A DNA stretch of 63,928 nucleotides, filler included, from Nemertoderma westbladi (GCA_032718475.1; 3 parts of 3 records of this genome joined end to end with filler, not necessarily neighbours in it); one strand, 5' to 3'. Counted from the first letter of the whole stretch, positions 33,940 through 47,249 are shown. The notes: generated by a model from the sequence alone, not told the origin. Translations and numbers: made by a program.

Positions 33940-36673
33940 AGCGCCCTACAAGATGATAGACTATCGAAATCGAATCTGGATTTATCGCATATTTCACATC
34001 TTTCGTTTCCGAAAGGTAAGTGAAATAATTCATTTATTACATTGAAATATGTGTACAAAAATTATGTTGCTGTGGTGATAACAGTTACCCCGGTAACAAC
34101 ACTTTGTTCACTAATGTAACACATGCGAACACATTTTCGTTTTTCAAAGACAACCATATAAAATAAATATATACAATATTAATTGGCCGATTCGGTAACA
34201 GTAAAGATAATAGGTGACATTTTTCTACATAAAAAAATAATTATTACAAACTCATTATCATGTTTATTAATTATTTCTATGTTTAAACATTTTATATTTT
34301 TAAGGTGCAATAAGTAAACTTACAAAGTGCTATAAAGCAGGACAAAAGCGGTTCAGTGGCAATATTAACAGACCTCGAGAACTATGTTCTAAGTGTTTAG
34401 TAAAAACAGATTTGGGGGAAAATTACCACCCAAGATACATAAATGAGATATTCTGCAGAAGTGCACACAGTCGGAAACCACTGCGTCATAGGAAATGGAA
34501 TAACCTTAACAGCAATGCGTGTCTGGTTATCGACAAAAGACGTAAGTTTAAAACTTATATCTATGTATTCAGGTCCAATGACTACGTGAAATTATAAAAA
34601 ATTTAGTTATTGTGATGCGAAATGGGAAAGTGGAGTTAATGAAAGATGACGTCACCATCAGATACCGCGAGCACCGACGCTAACGTGACAATAACTCTGG
34701 ATGGACTCGGATATAAGGGGGGGGGGGGGGGGGGGGGGTACACCATTTTCGGACAACTCCTCGATTGATCACTCTCAGCGTTTCAAAATTGTTTGGTTTT
34801 GGCTTAAATTTGGAATATAGGTGCCTAAGATGCTATTCTACATGACAGGTCAGAAAAAAAAAATTTCTCGCTATTTAATATTAGTTAATACTAGTTAGCA
34901 ATAAAAAAAACTTGGTTGCGCTTAAAACCCTAAGGCTTTTACAGTTTTGAATCTAATCACATAAGAGTTTATTTATATAATAGATCAAAGATGGGGCAAC
35001 ATAAACTATCAGGTGAAATTTTGTGAAAATAATTTTGCACCGCTAGGTGGCGCTGCAAATTTATGCTAATTTTTAGGTTTGTTATAAATAGTATTAAATT
35101 TTATTAACAAAAAATTTTGAAAAGTTGTCTGATACTTTTATGCAGGGTGCCTATGTAGACACCCACAGAAAGTTTCAGACTAATTGCTCAAAAATTGTAG
35201 AAGTAGTAGGGTTTTGAAGTTGACAATTTCATAATAAAAATGTTTGGAGATAATCGACCTTTTATTATACATAGTAATAGTAATTTCAATAGGATTCCCT
35301 AAATGGAAATTGTTATAACTTGAAAACTAAAAGAGCTATTAAATAGCGGTTTTCAGATTTGAAAACACCATTAAATAATGGTGCATTATAATAGACCATA
35401 AAAAAATTTCGACATATTTTGGACCAAAATTTTCTAAAAATTTTCTAAAATTTTCAAAAAAGCTTTTCTGCTTTTGCTATGTATTCTATTAAAATGTAGC
35501 CTACTTTCGATACTGTACTATATTACATGTATTATATTATTGGGGCAGCGACAAAGTAAGCGACCGTAGCATACGTGTAACGTTTTTCAATCGTGGTTCA
35601 GACTGTCTGCATGTCGGCAAATATTCAAAAGCTAATAACTTACTCAATCTTTGATGAAATATTTGGTACACATGTAGTTTATTAAATGTCTGAAATATGC
35701 ACGAGTTAACTCAGCAGTTCACCAGATTCCCGCTAGAAGGCGACTAGACAACGGTTGAAATCTATAATCGGCCTACTACATTGCAGCTGCACATTGGGAT
35801 GCTATGTGGTGTTTCAACAAAAAAGATTTGTGCCACCACCATGCAATCTACAATTGGCTTGCTGTGATGCAGCCTGCATTAAGAATGCTATGCCGGCTTG
35901 TCGACAAAATTAGCACCGCCACAACTCCCTATCCCCCATCACTTTCGCAATATTTTCCGCATCTTCAAGGCCAGTTTCCTTTAGGAGGTATCTCATGAAA
36001 GTCATGGGCTGTCCGCCATGCTTATTTTCTCCATGGCGCTGTCAAAGCACAAGATTGTGTTCAGACTGGTCCTCATGGCGAAAACAATGTCCGGCAAAGC
36101 GGAAGCGACTTTGTACTAGTGGACTAATGCCCAGCTTGGGGGAACCAAAGAGACACCTCCAATATTATAGTGTCTAATTGGAGATGTGTGCATTGTACTT
36201 GACACAATGAACCCGACGTAGCATTCTTGTGAATGTGCCGTGCCATCCACAGATTTGGTGTTCTCAACAGTTAGAGCCCAGCATGTAATGGTTTTACTGC
36301 TGATCTAAGTAGTAGAACCTTATGTTTCTGACAAATTCTATGTGACTTCTAAATCCTGGACAGCCCATTCAATGAGGCCCGAAGTAGTTGAAATAGTGGT
36401 ACCAGTACTACGTTTATAATTTATTATACGTTTATCTATAACATTACATAGCTAGTATTCCATGGAGAGAATTTAAAATACTGTATTATTGGTTGATCTA
36501 TTTCTATTTTAGAACACGGGCGATGTCGACAGATAGAATATTTACATAATGTTCTATATAGACTTTCTAATGACCAGCAATGGCATTTGGGTCGCATTCC
36601 TATACACACGGGCTGCGAATGCGAAATGTTTCATCATTCCTGGTTGATCCGGAACTACGCGGACTTCGAATAG
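33940..36673 (+). CDS. Secreted cystine-knot protein, trunk/PTTH-like (noggin/IL-17-related fold); 5' exons uncertain
   Basis: join(33940-34015,34305-34541,36513-36673), GT-AG, phases 1/1: SALQDD...FPKGAISKLTKCYKAGQKR|FSGNINRPRELCSKCLVKTDLGENYHPRYINEIFC...NACLVIDKRQHGRCRQIEYLHNVLYR...W...IHTGCECEMFHHSWLIRNYADFE*; DLGxxxxPRY..C, GxCxQ and CxC motifs; AATAAA downstream at ~36719. Confidence 0.8.
34305..34541 (+). CDS. Cystine-knot exon with KR cleavage site and C..DLG..PRYINE..C
   Basis: TTTTTAAG acceptor, C|GTAAGT donor, fully open; overlaps ORF 34412-34597. Confidence 0.82.
35790..36380 (-). mobile_element. Degenerate RTE family-B 3' fragment inside the cystine-knot gene intron
   Basis: Colinear, diverged match to 62200-62720. 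Confidence 0.8.
36513..36673 (+). CDS. Cystine-knot terminal exon (HGRCRQ...GCECEM...*)
   Basis: TTCTATTTTAG acceptor; in phase with the previous exon; TAG at 36671. Confidence 0.82.
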
Positions 36674-37308
36674 AATACACTTAGCCATTCAAGTCAGGTA
36701 TCAAAGCTCACCAAATCAAATAAAGACGATTCATTCGGTTCAAAGCAGAAATGATGCTGTTTGTGTTATAATTGTGATTGTGACGACCCCTACCTCAAAC
36801 CTGGTTTCCCACATCACCTATGAAAATACGAAATTCTGCATTTACTCTAGTTTAATATATCTCTACTATATTTAACTGAGTTATGTAGAAATTAATGTAT
36901 GCCATTGTCTGTATTAGTGTATACACTACTGTATTAGTAATATATTTTGAGCATCATTATTATATTTTGAAAAATTAATGGCCGTATGTTATATATGAAT
37001 TTTTTGAGCCATTTTTTAAATGTTTGCACGCAGTACAGTATTGTTGAATAAACAAGCCAGAAATTACCTTTCAAAGATTCTCGAAATATTAAAACATCAA
37101 CCATAATCACTAAAAATAGATGCTCATCTTTTATCGGTTTTTATCAGTAATAATTTAATAAATAACTTGTATAGTGAAAATTTCCTAATTTAAACACACA
37201 AATGGAGAAAAATTTCATATAAAAACGCAATACCTGTAACGTAAGACATATAATATATAGAGTTTAGTTAATGGATCTGGGACCTTCACTGCACCGAACT
37301 GTTATGGA

Positions 37309-38659
37309 TAGGTGGAATTTGTGACAACACCTGAAAACAGTGACAACACTCAGCCACATTAAAAATACAGTGTTGTATGTAGTTTACCTTGTTCTTTCAA
37401 CCACTACTGTATAGCACTATCGCATCGGTAAGATCGCATTGGTGCAGACAAATAATCCTAACTGCACTTAGACATTCTTCACTACCGGTATTCATTACTG
37501 TATCATAGGTTTAGGCCTATATCATTAGTCTTACAGAGATCTACAGTAGGTAGGCCTAGCACTTCCGTACTGAACTACAGTAGGTAGGCCTAGCACTTCC
37601 GTACTGAACTACAGTAGGTAGGCCTAGCACTTCCGTACTGAACTACAGTAGGTAGGCCTAGCACTTCCGTACTGAACTACAGTAGGTAGGCCTAGCACTT
37701 CCGTACTGAACTACAGTAGGTAGGCCTAGCACTTCCGTACTGAACTACAGTAGGTATGCCTAGCACTTCCGTACTGAACTACAGTAGGTAGGCCTAGCAC
37801 TTCCGTACTGAACTACAGTAGGTAGGCCTAGCACTTCCGTACTGAACTACAGTAGGTAGGCCTAGCACTTCCGTACTGAACTACAGTAGGTAGGCCTAGC
37901 ACTTCCGTACTGAACTACAGTAGGTAGGCCTAGCACTTCCGTACTGAACTACAGTAGGTAGGCCTATCACTTCCGTACTGAACTACAGTAGGTAGGCCTA
38001 GCACTTCCGTACTGAACTACAGTAGGTAGGCCTAGCACTTCCGTACTGAACTACAGTAGGTAGGCCTAGCACTTCCGTACTAAACTACAGGTGACTAATA
38101 CTTTAATTTGATAGGCCAGACGCCAGTCGGGTATTTTTATACGGAAATGAACTCGCTGGTTCGCAAGTTTAGTGTACCGTTACTATCGTTACTATCGTTA
38201 CGGCTGTACGGAATCACTATTTCAACCTTCGCCTATGAATTATTTCCATCGAAGATTGTTTATTAGCAGTCAAACATGATTACGGACTACGGACTACGGT
38301 TGAAAGATCTACATAAACTACATGCAACACTGTAGGCCTAACTGGTTAACAGTATTGCTGTATTGCAGACTACTGAATGTTGTGTTGTCCAGCCAGACAA
38401 TTGGAGTGTTGTCTCCAGATGTTAAGAAGGAAGTGATAACAAGCAGACAACTCACACCTTCACCAAAGGAATGAGATATTTTCGTTGTTAGATCCGAGGG
38501 TCTCAATTATTTTTAAAATTTGGTCCGAAAACTAATATCTATAATTTATTGTGCTAGAATTACAGATTTAGAATCCAATTAAGTGCATACAGCAAGAATA
38601 CCGTACTACTGTAGCTGAGTGTTGTCACCGTTTTTAGGTGTTGTCACAAATTCCACCTA
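37309..38659. mobile_element. TIR element (~45-bp TIRs) carrying an internal 34-bp array
   Basis: TAGGTGGAATTTGTGACAACACCTGAAAACAGTGACAACACTCAGC / GCTGAGTGTTGTCACCGTTTTTAGGTGTTGTCACAAATTCCACCTA. Confidence 0.8.
37541..38090. repeat. 34-bp minisatellite, ~16 near-identical copies
   Basis: CTACAGTAGGTAGGCCTAGCACTTCCGTACTGAA, no spacers. Confidence 0.95.
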
Positions 38660-38769
38660 TTCAACTATTATCTGCAAACACACCAAACATATATCATAAT
38701 GCTTAGCTAGTTATTGGCTTCAAACATTTATAGCTTCCGACATTACACACTGAAACACACCATAGAATT

Positions 38770-39735
38770 ATATTAGTCGCATCAGAGATCCCGTTTAGAG
38801 ACTACTACGCACGTGGGAACCAAAATGGTTTCCGTAAAGGTCGTGGGACTAGGGATCCAATTCTGGAGCTTAGAAGGATAATGGAAAAGTTGTCAAGAAA
38901 GAAAGACAGTCATCTGGGAATGTAATTCTAATTACCTGACATCTGGAAAGTCTGAAATGGATGCCGGACTATGTCGTCTGTATCCATCGCATGCCCCCCA
39001 GAGGGAGCGGTACTGGCAGAATGATAGGACATGGCTTTGGAAGCCTCATGGAGAGGATTAGCATGGTGGACATCCATGTCTTTCTTAAGGCGCCTCTTAA
39101 TCACTTTGACGGAATTTCTGAGGCTTTGTGCATCACTGGAGAGTTGTTTTATTGCCTGACACTAAATATCATCCCTTGTGATTCAATCTTTCACATCTAT
39201 TTTTGAGTAACGTATTTGCAGATGCAAATACATTTGATAGTTTCAGTTTGATAGTTTGATAGTTCCGGCACCATGATGACTATAAAGTGCATTTTCACAT
39301 GGGTGGAAAGCTGCTTACGGATACCATTTGTTTGTTCTGGGTTGGTCGCTCCTCTAGTAAATTTTATGATATCATCAAATCCACACGTATAAAACTAAGT
39401 AGTGGCAAAGAAGTAGAGATTTTATACAAAAACTATAACAAAATAAAGATATGGTATACGATTATACATTCATATTATGCTATTATAAAGTTATGGTAGC
39501 TCAACCATCCATAGTATACGGCCTGGAGAACCACATAGGGGGGGTATCGCTTACCAACTTGGACAGGATCAATGCATTCTATATGAAAGCATTGCGCTCT
39601 CTTCTATATAGGAAACTATGTCAACAACAACACCATATCCTTGTTATTTCAAACCAACAGCTTCTCAACCATAGGATTCTTACGAAGTCTGCAGTTGATA
39701 GAATGTGTTACGATTTGTCCAAATCAACCAATTAA
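38770..39735 (+). mobile_element. Cluster of old non-LTR retrotransposon fragments
   Basis: 38770-38915 matches family-B RT N-terminus (AATGG.TTCCGTAAAGGTCGTGG); ~39030 WLWKPHG; ORF 39451-39735 YKVMVAQPSIVYGLE...INAFYMKALRSLL resembles the post-RT thumb of a LINE. Confidence 0.55.
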
Positions 39736-40189
39736 TACTTTTGTTTGTTTCTTTGTCTCCAATAATATGAACACCAAATACACTGGTTAGCAGCGCATAC
39801 TGTACCATACCGTACAGCTAAAAAGAGGTTAAACCTTCCAGAACCCTCAACCTTCATTGATTGCAATTATGTTACGGTAGCGGAGTTGTGAGCTCGCGCA
39901 CCGTACCGTAAACTTTAAATTGCGCGACTGTCGTACTCGCCCGGCCCAGAAGGAACCGTTTATACAGTTAAAAGAGATATTTATTGACTATAGTATGTAT
40001 ATTGTTCGTTGGATGTCATCGATACTTGACTGAATATATTAGTATGATTGTATGATTAACTGTATACTATTAGGTATTATACTTCTGCACTGGGCTGCGG
40101 TACTAACTAGTTCGCTATCTATCTAAACTGTCCGCACAACTAACTGAATATTGGGCTACAAATAAGTTATATACCCATAACCGACATTG

Positions 40190-40970
40190 GTTAGGAAGTT
40201 GGGCGTTGTTTCGATTAAGAGGACGGGCGTTGTTTGGGTTAGGAGGCTGGGCGTTGTTTGGGCTAGGATGTGGGCGTTGTTTGGGTTAGAAGACTTGGTA
40301 TTTGGGTTATGAAGTGGGCGTTATTTGGGTTAGGAGACTTGGTGTTTGGGTTAGGAGGTGGGCGTTATTTTGGTTAGGAGGCTGGGCGTTGTTTGGGTTA
40401 GGAGGCTAGGCGTTGTTTGGGTTAGGAGACTTGGTGTTTGGGTTAAGAGGTGGGGCTATTTGTCTTAGGAGGTTGGGCCTTGTTTGGGTTAGGAGGTTGG
40501 GCGTTGTTTGGTTGAGGAGACTTGGTGTTTGGGTTATGAGGCTGGGCGTTGTTTGGGTTATGATGCTGGACGTTGTTTGGTTTGGGAGACTTGGTGTTTG
40601 GGTTAGGAGTTGGGCGTTGTTTGGGTTAGAAGACTGGGCGTTGTTTGGGATAGGGGGTTGGGCGTTGTTTGGGTTAGGATGCGGGCGTTGTTTGGGTTAG
40701 GATGCGGTCGTTGTTTGGGTTAGAAGACTTGGTATTTGGGTTAGGAGGTGGGCGTTATTTGGGTTAGGAGACTTGGTGTTTGGGTTAGGAGGTGGGCGTT
40801 ATTTGGGTTAGGAGGCTGGGCGTTGTTTGGGTTAGGAGACTTTGTATTTGGGTTAGGAGGTGGGCGTTATTTGGGTTAGGAGTTTGGGGGTTGTTTAGTT
40901 TAGGATGCGGGCATTGTTTGGGCTAGGATGTGGGCGTTGTAAGGGTTAGGAGGTGGGCGTTGTTTGGGTG
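40190..40970. repeat. G-rich 23-24-bp satellite (GGGCGTTGTTTGGGTTAGGAGGCT), left block
   Basis: Degenerate tandem units each containing GGGTTAGG. Confidence 0.92.
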
Positions 40971-40974
40971 GGAT

Positions 40975-42631
40975 GAGGTTCTGATTAAGGACATGGGGGC
41001 GGTTGGCGACTCGCCCTCGCACCAGCAGATGATAATGGCAATGGTGGAATTGGTCTATTGATAAATCCAACAGCATATGCAGCATTGGACAAAATAGACC
41101 AAATCTCTAACCGCATCATCCGTTGCCACTTCTCATGTTCTGGAAGACTGGCTAAGAAGTTTCCTAAGGTGGTTCTGATTGTGTGCTAACCTCCAACTAG
41201 TGTTTCCCCTGTAGAGGAGGTGGAAAATTTCTACCACAATCTACAAGCAGCTACTGATGGAGTGGATCAGCATGCATTCTTAACGTTCCTGGGAGACTTT
41301 AATGCAAGTCTGCATCAATCACCTACATCGCCCTGAATCTATAGCAATAGTGTTAACCGAAATTCCGTCCATCTTCAGGATTTTATCCCTGCAAATGTAT
41401 TGTTTTCGGCTGGAACCCAGTTCAAGAAGCGAACTGGAAATCTATGGACTCAAGTGGACCCAGTGGTCACAAGTCCCAGATAGACCATATTCTGTTTCGT
41501 AGTAAATACAGGAGCTCTATACAAGACTGTAATGCTTTTACACTTCGACCCTTCTCCAGTGATCACCGCCTTATTGTGGCCAAGGTAAGACTTAGTCTGC
41601 GTGCTAGCAGAACAACGAAATCTGCCTTGCCGCGGCATGACTGGTCCTCTCTGTTGCAACAGCCAAGTGAGAGATCTAGCTTCACACTACAGCTGAGCAA
41701 CAGGTATGCGGTTCTTGCCTCTGAGGCGGCAGATCACTGCGATGGCTATACTGCCTTCACAGAAGCAGTTAAGTTAGCAGTTGCAGAAACAGTTCCTGTA
41801 TACCCTCGAAACAGGAAACGGGCCCCCTGGACTGACAACAAAATTCAGAATTTCCGAAATGACCTATATAAGGCGCAGAAAGAGTCCCGACTCAAACAGA
41901 CTACAGCGGCCAAGAATGCAGTTAAGGCTGCATCTAGGTCCTTGAACAGGCAGTACTCTGTTAATTTACAGGAGCTAATAAACCAACAGGTTGATGCCAT
42001 CAATGATGCTGACGACAGCAGGCAATCATCCCAGGCATGGAAATCTTACTGGGCGGAAAAGTCAACCAACCACCAAGGTTAAGGCAGAATCACCAGACGA
42101 TCGCCTCAATGGTTGGAAGGACCACTTTGAAAAGCTCCCCAATAATGACAAGGTATTGCCTGATAACTTTATAGAAGTAAAAGTGTCTGAGTCTGTACTC
42201 CCAGATATTCCCATTGGCGATATCACCTTTGCAGAAGTGAAGGCTGCTGCAAAGAGTATTAAGACCAATCAATCGTGCCAGTGGAGTAGATGGTGTTCCC
42301 CCTGAGGTCTTTAAAATACCTGAGTGTTTAAAGCTCATCTATCCCATCATAGTAGACATGTACAGAACAACAAGAGTCCCACAAGAAATGAAAACAAACA
42401 AGTTGGTGCCAGTTCCCAAGAAGGGCAACCTAACACTCTATGGTTCTTTTCGGGGAATCTCATTAATCTCGATTGCTGCAAAGCTATACAATAGAATTCT
42501 ATTAAATCGCATCAGGGATCAATCCTATTGAGAGACTGCTCCCGCTCCATGGAAATCAGAATGGGTTCCGTAAAGGTCGTGGTACCATGGAGCCCATTTT
42601 GGCACTTAGAGGGATAATTGAAGAGTTATCA
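40975..42631 (+). mobile_element. RTE family-B 5' portion (AP endonuclease and RT start), frameshifted, 3'-truncated
   Basis: PT..S..EVENFY, LGDFNA, SQIDHIL, SSDHRL endonuclease motifs; then VPVPKKGNL, RGISL, NGFRKGRGT; its end overlaps the start of the 62.2-63.4 kb copy. Confidence 0.88.
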
Positions 42632-42632
42632 T

Positions 42633-44175
42633 TAGACTTTGTGTTTGGGTTAGGAGGTGGGCGTTATTTGGGTTAGGAGTTTGGGCGTTGTTTGGGTTAG
42701 GAGGTGCGCATTGTTTGGGTTAGGAGGATAGGCGTTGTTTGGTTTAGGAAGCTGGGCGTTGTTTGGGTTAGGAGGCTGGGTGTTGTTTGGGTTAAGAAGT
42801 GGGCGTTCTTTTGGTTAGGAGACTGGGCGTTGTTTGGGTTAGAAAACTGGGCGTTGTTTGTGTTAGGAGGTAGTCGTTGTTTGGGTTAGGAGACTTGGTT
42901 TTGTTTGGGTTAGAAGGTGGGCGTTGTTTGGGTTAGGAGGCTGGGCGTTGTTTGGGTTAGGAGGTGGGCGTTGTTTGGGATAGGAGACTAGGCGTTATTT
43001 GGGTTAGGAGGTGGGTGTTGTTTGGGTCTGGAGGCTGGGCGTTGTTTGGGTTAGGAAGTCGGGCGTTGTTTGGGTTAGGTGGCTGGGTGTTGTTGGGGGA
43101 GGAGACTGGGCGTTGTTTGTGTTAGGAGGCTGGGCGTTGTTTGGGTTAGGAGATTTTGTGTTTGGGTTAGAAGGTGGGCGTTATTTGGGTTAGGAGTTTG
43201 GGGGTTGTTTGGGTTGGGAGACTGGGCGTTGTTTGGGTTAGGAGGTGGGCGTTGTTTGGGTTGGGAGACTGGGCGTTGTTTGGGTTAGGAAGCTGGACAT
43301 TGTTTGTGTTAGGAGACTGGGTGTTGTTTGATTTAGGAGACTTTGTGTTTGTGTTAGGAGGTGGGCGTTATTTGGGTTAGGAGTTTGGGGGTTGTTTGGG
43401 TTAGGATGCGGGCGTTGTTTTGGGTTAGGAGGCTGAACGTTGTTCGGGTTAGGAGGTGGGCGTTGTTTGGGTTAGGAGACTGGGCGTTGTTTGTGTTAGG
43501 AGGCTGGGTGTTGTTTGGGTTAGGATGTGGGCGTTGTTTGGGTTAGGATGCGGGCGTTGTTTTGGGTTAGGAAGCTGGACATTGTTTGTGTTAGGAGACT
43601 GGGTGTTGTTTGATTTAGGAGACTTTGTGTTTGTGTTAGGAGGTGGGCGTTATTTGGGTTAGGAGTTTGGGGGTTGTTTGGGTTAGGATGCGGGCGTTGT
43701 TTTGGGTTAGGAGGCTGAGCGTTGTTCGGGTTAGGAGGTGGGCGTTGTTTTGGTTAGGAGACTGGGCGTTGTTTGGCTTATGATGTGGGCGTTGTTTGAG
43801 TTAGGAGGTGGGCGTTGTTCGGGTTAGGAGACTGGGCGTTGTTTGGGTTAGGAGGCTGGGTGTTGTTTGGGTTAGGATGTGGGCGTTGTTTGGGTTAGGA
43901 TGCGGTCGTCGTTTGGGTTAGGAGACTTGGTGTTTGGGTTAGGAGGCGGGCGTTGTTTGGGTTAGGATGCGGTCGTTGTTTGGGTTAGGAGACTTGGTGT
44001 TTGGGTTAGGAGGTGGGCGTTATTTGGGTTATGAGGTTGGTGGTTGTTTGGGTTAGGAGGCTGGGCGTTGTTTGGGTTAGGAGGATGGGTGTTGTTTGGG
44101 TTAGGAGACAGGGCAATGTTTGGGTTAGGAGGTGGGCGTTGTTTGGGTTTGGTGGTTGGCCGTAGTTGGGGTTAG
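42633..44175. repeat. G-rich 23-24-bp satellite, right block
   Basis: Same unit and orientation as 40190-40970. Confidence 0.92.
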
Positions 44176-45579
44176 TTATTTACAATTATTGTTTACCCAT
44201 GCCCCTAATAGTGGCATTAAACAGATTTTTCGCCATCTACGTGGCTCGCTCAAAACCTGAAACATTGGAACTAAATTCGCCAGCATTGGAACTAAATTCG
44301 CATCCATTGGAATTCAATTAGATTTCGTGTTTTTCTCGTTAGTTCGCCAAAATTGGAAATAAGTACGGGGAATCCCACACGCAGGGGTGTACCAGTTTGC
44401 CTACAGTACATATACGGCCTACGTCATTGAGGAACAATATGTACTGCAATTATGTATGCACTTCATGTCTTGCATAATAAGAAAATTGTTCGCATGTCTC
44501 TACATACTGACATACACCCACTCATTCAATTAATAACAACTATTATTTGCAAGGTCAATGAATGTTATAACAAGAAGATTAATACTTTATAGTAAGTTTT
44601 GTGCAATTACTAAAGGTTATTTCATTTGACACAGTATGCAATCTTCCTGTTTACTAATGGTATTTCATGAGACGCAGAATGTAATTCATGTATTATCTAT
44701 GCCTAATGGCATATCATAGTCACCATTACTTAGATAGCACAATACACATACATGCATGAGCAAAATTGATATGTATAGCAGTAATATTGCACTGATCGCA
44801 CATTTAATATCCTTTTCAAATAATTGTCACTTAATTAAGAAAATAAGTACGATAGTAAGGCCATTGTATACGAGTCAATCAAACACCCGAAATTTCAAAT
44901 CAATCATAACCACATTTTTTCTATTCTTTATTATGCTTTTAATTTCAAAATTAAAAGTTTGGGTATTTTTTTATTTAAATTTATTTTGTTGATGATATGT
45001 TGATCCCAGATACAGTAGTGGCGCACATTGACCGCAAGTGAGATAATTAATAGTTTATTGTTTTGGTTAGAAAACACCGCCATTCGAACCTGCTCCTTTC
45101 CCTGAATTGTTTTAGGGGGGGGGGGGGGGGGGGGGGGGGTAACACCCTGGTGTTTTTTTTTAATTTGTTTATATCTCCAATGTGGTTAAAGAAAACTATA
45201 TACCATCGAAAAGAGAATGAACTAAAGTAATTAAAAATGTGAAAAAAATTTTCTGTTTCTGATAATTGGCAATTTTGTAAAAAAAATACAAAATTTTTTA
45301 AAAATTTAAAAAAATGTTTTTTCTTAAAAAAAAATGCGGAAATATTCTGAAATCAAAAAAAGTGGCCGAAGAATATTAAAGCTTAATTAAATTTCCTTTC
45401 ATAAAAATCAAAGGAGTAGTGTTTTTTGTGTGAAAAAAATGTAATTCCGAGATAATGGCCTTTAAAGTTTAAACCTTCCCGCCAATTACTTTATGTGAAT
45501 ATGAAAGACTAACTGTATATGATAAAGTAAGTCTGCCTATGCCTATAAGGATACCATACCAAAATACTACCTATGGCGG

Positions 45580-46600
45580 TTTTCCTGGTAGGAGAATTCA
45601 TTTCTGATGTCAGTTTTAAATTTTTTGGAAAATCTAGTCTTCTAACTAACTATCTGATGTCTGTCTGTGAGTCAGTTTGTCTGTCCTTCAAAATATAATA
45701 ATTCGCACATAATAGCTAAAAATTTCTCTATGGGGTTTTTCGTAGTCGGTAATTTCATTACTGATGTCAGTTTTCCATTTTTTGCAAAATCTAGTCTTCT
45801 AAATAACTATCTGATGTCTGTTTATGAGTCAGTTTATCTGTCGGTCTGTCCGTCAAAATATAATAATTCGCAGAAAATAGCGAAAAATTTTCTATGGGGG
45901 TATTCGTAGTCGGGAATTTCATTGCTGATGTCAGTTTTCCATTTTTTGCAAAATCTAGTCTTCTAAATAACTATCTGATGTCTGTTTATGAGTCAGTTTA
46001 TCTGTCGGTCTGTCCGTCAAAATATAATAATTCGCAGAAAATAGCGAAAAATTTTCTATGGGGGTTTTCGTAGTCGGGAATTTCATTGCTGATGTCAGTT
46101 TTCCATTTTTTGCAAAATCTAGTCTTCTAAATAACTATCTGATGTCTGTTTATGAGTCAGTTTATCTGTCGGTCTGTCCGTCAAAATATAATAATTCGCA
46201 GAAAATAGCGAAAAATTTTCTATGGGGGTTTTCGTAGTCGGGAATTTCATTGCTGATGTCAGTTTTCCATTTTTTGCAAAATCTAGTCTTCTCAATAACT
46301 ATCTGATGTCTGTTTATGAGTCAGTTTATCTGTCGGTCTGTCCGTCAAAATATAATAATTCGCAGAAAATAGCGAAAAATTTTCTATGGGGGTTTTCGTA
46401 GTCGGGAATTTCATTGCTGATGTCAGTTTTCCATTTTTTGCAAAATCTAGTCTTCTCAATAACTATCTGATGTCTGTTTATGAGTCAGTTTATCTGTCGG
46501 TCTGTCCGTCAAAATATAATAATTCGCAGAAAATAGCGAAAAATTTTCTATGGGGGTTTTCGTGGTCGGTAATTTCATTTCCGATGTCAGTTTTCGTAAT
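45580..46600. repeat. 164-bp tandem repeat, ~6 copies, followed by (GACA)n; probably inside a non-autonomous DNA element
   Basis: CTAGTCTTCT recurs at 45791, 45955, 46119 etc.; poly-G and poly-C hairpin-like blocks at ~45115 and ~46920. Confidence 0.9.
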
Positions 46601-47249
46601 TATCTGAATCTTGTCTGTCTATCTAGGGTCTGTATGACTGCAAAAATATTTGACTGACTGTCCGACAGACAGACAGACAGACATATAGACAGACAGACAG
46701 AAAGACAGACAGACAGAAACGCAGGCAGACAGACTGATGAGGTTCCACAAAATATGAAATCTTACAACATACATTTTGTAACATTAACATTGTTGCATTC
46801 TGACAGGCAGACCAAAAGAGAGACAAACGGACAGACAGCCATAACCGTTTTTAGATTTGAAATCCTCATTAAATTCTGCTCTAGATAAAATTTAAAAAAA
46901 ATTTAAAATTTTAGCCAGGGGGGAGGGGTTACCCCCCCCCCCCCCCCACCCCCTTAATTAAATTAAACACATTTTTAAAACCCACCCCCATTGACTCGTT
47001 CATTCTTAGAAAATATTATCCACCACATAGGGTGAAGAAGATTTACGAAAACCACCATATCACTGCCACGAATGCGTCAAATCCTGATTTATGTAGCACA
47101 AATATCAACATCAACATAATTAACCATTATGGACTGACTAAACCGGTGATCGATTGGTGCTAATTACCACTGAGGTATAAGAATTGGGTCTGTGAGGAAA
47201 CTGGGTATTAACTAGTGACGGGCCTAGCAGGCCCGAGAACCTCTGCGTC

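Noticed and set aside
37541-38090. 34-bp repeat of CRISPR-like length
   Set aside because: Head-to-tail units with no unique spacers, no cas genes, eukaryotic context.
39870-40186. TGT...ACA-bounded segment resembling a solo LTR
   Set aside because: No TSD and no second copy in the window.
40413-43662. Several W/G/V/R-rich ORFs
   Set aside because: Translations of the G-rich satellite.
46733-46765. CTGATGA...GAAA hammerhead-like core
   Set aside because: No stem II pairing and no flanking stems; lies in a (GACA)n repeat element.
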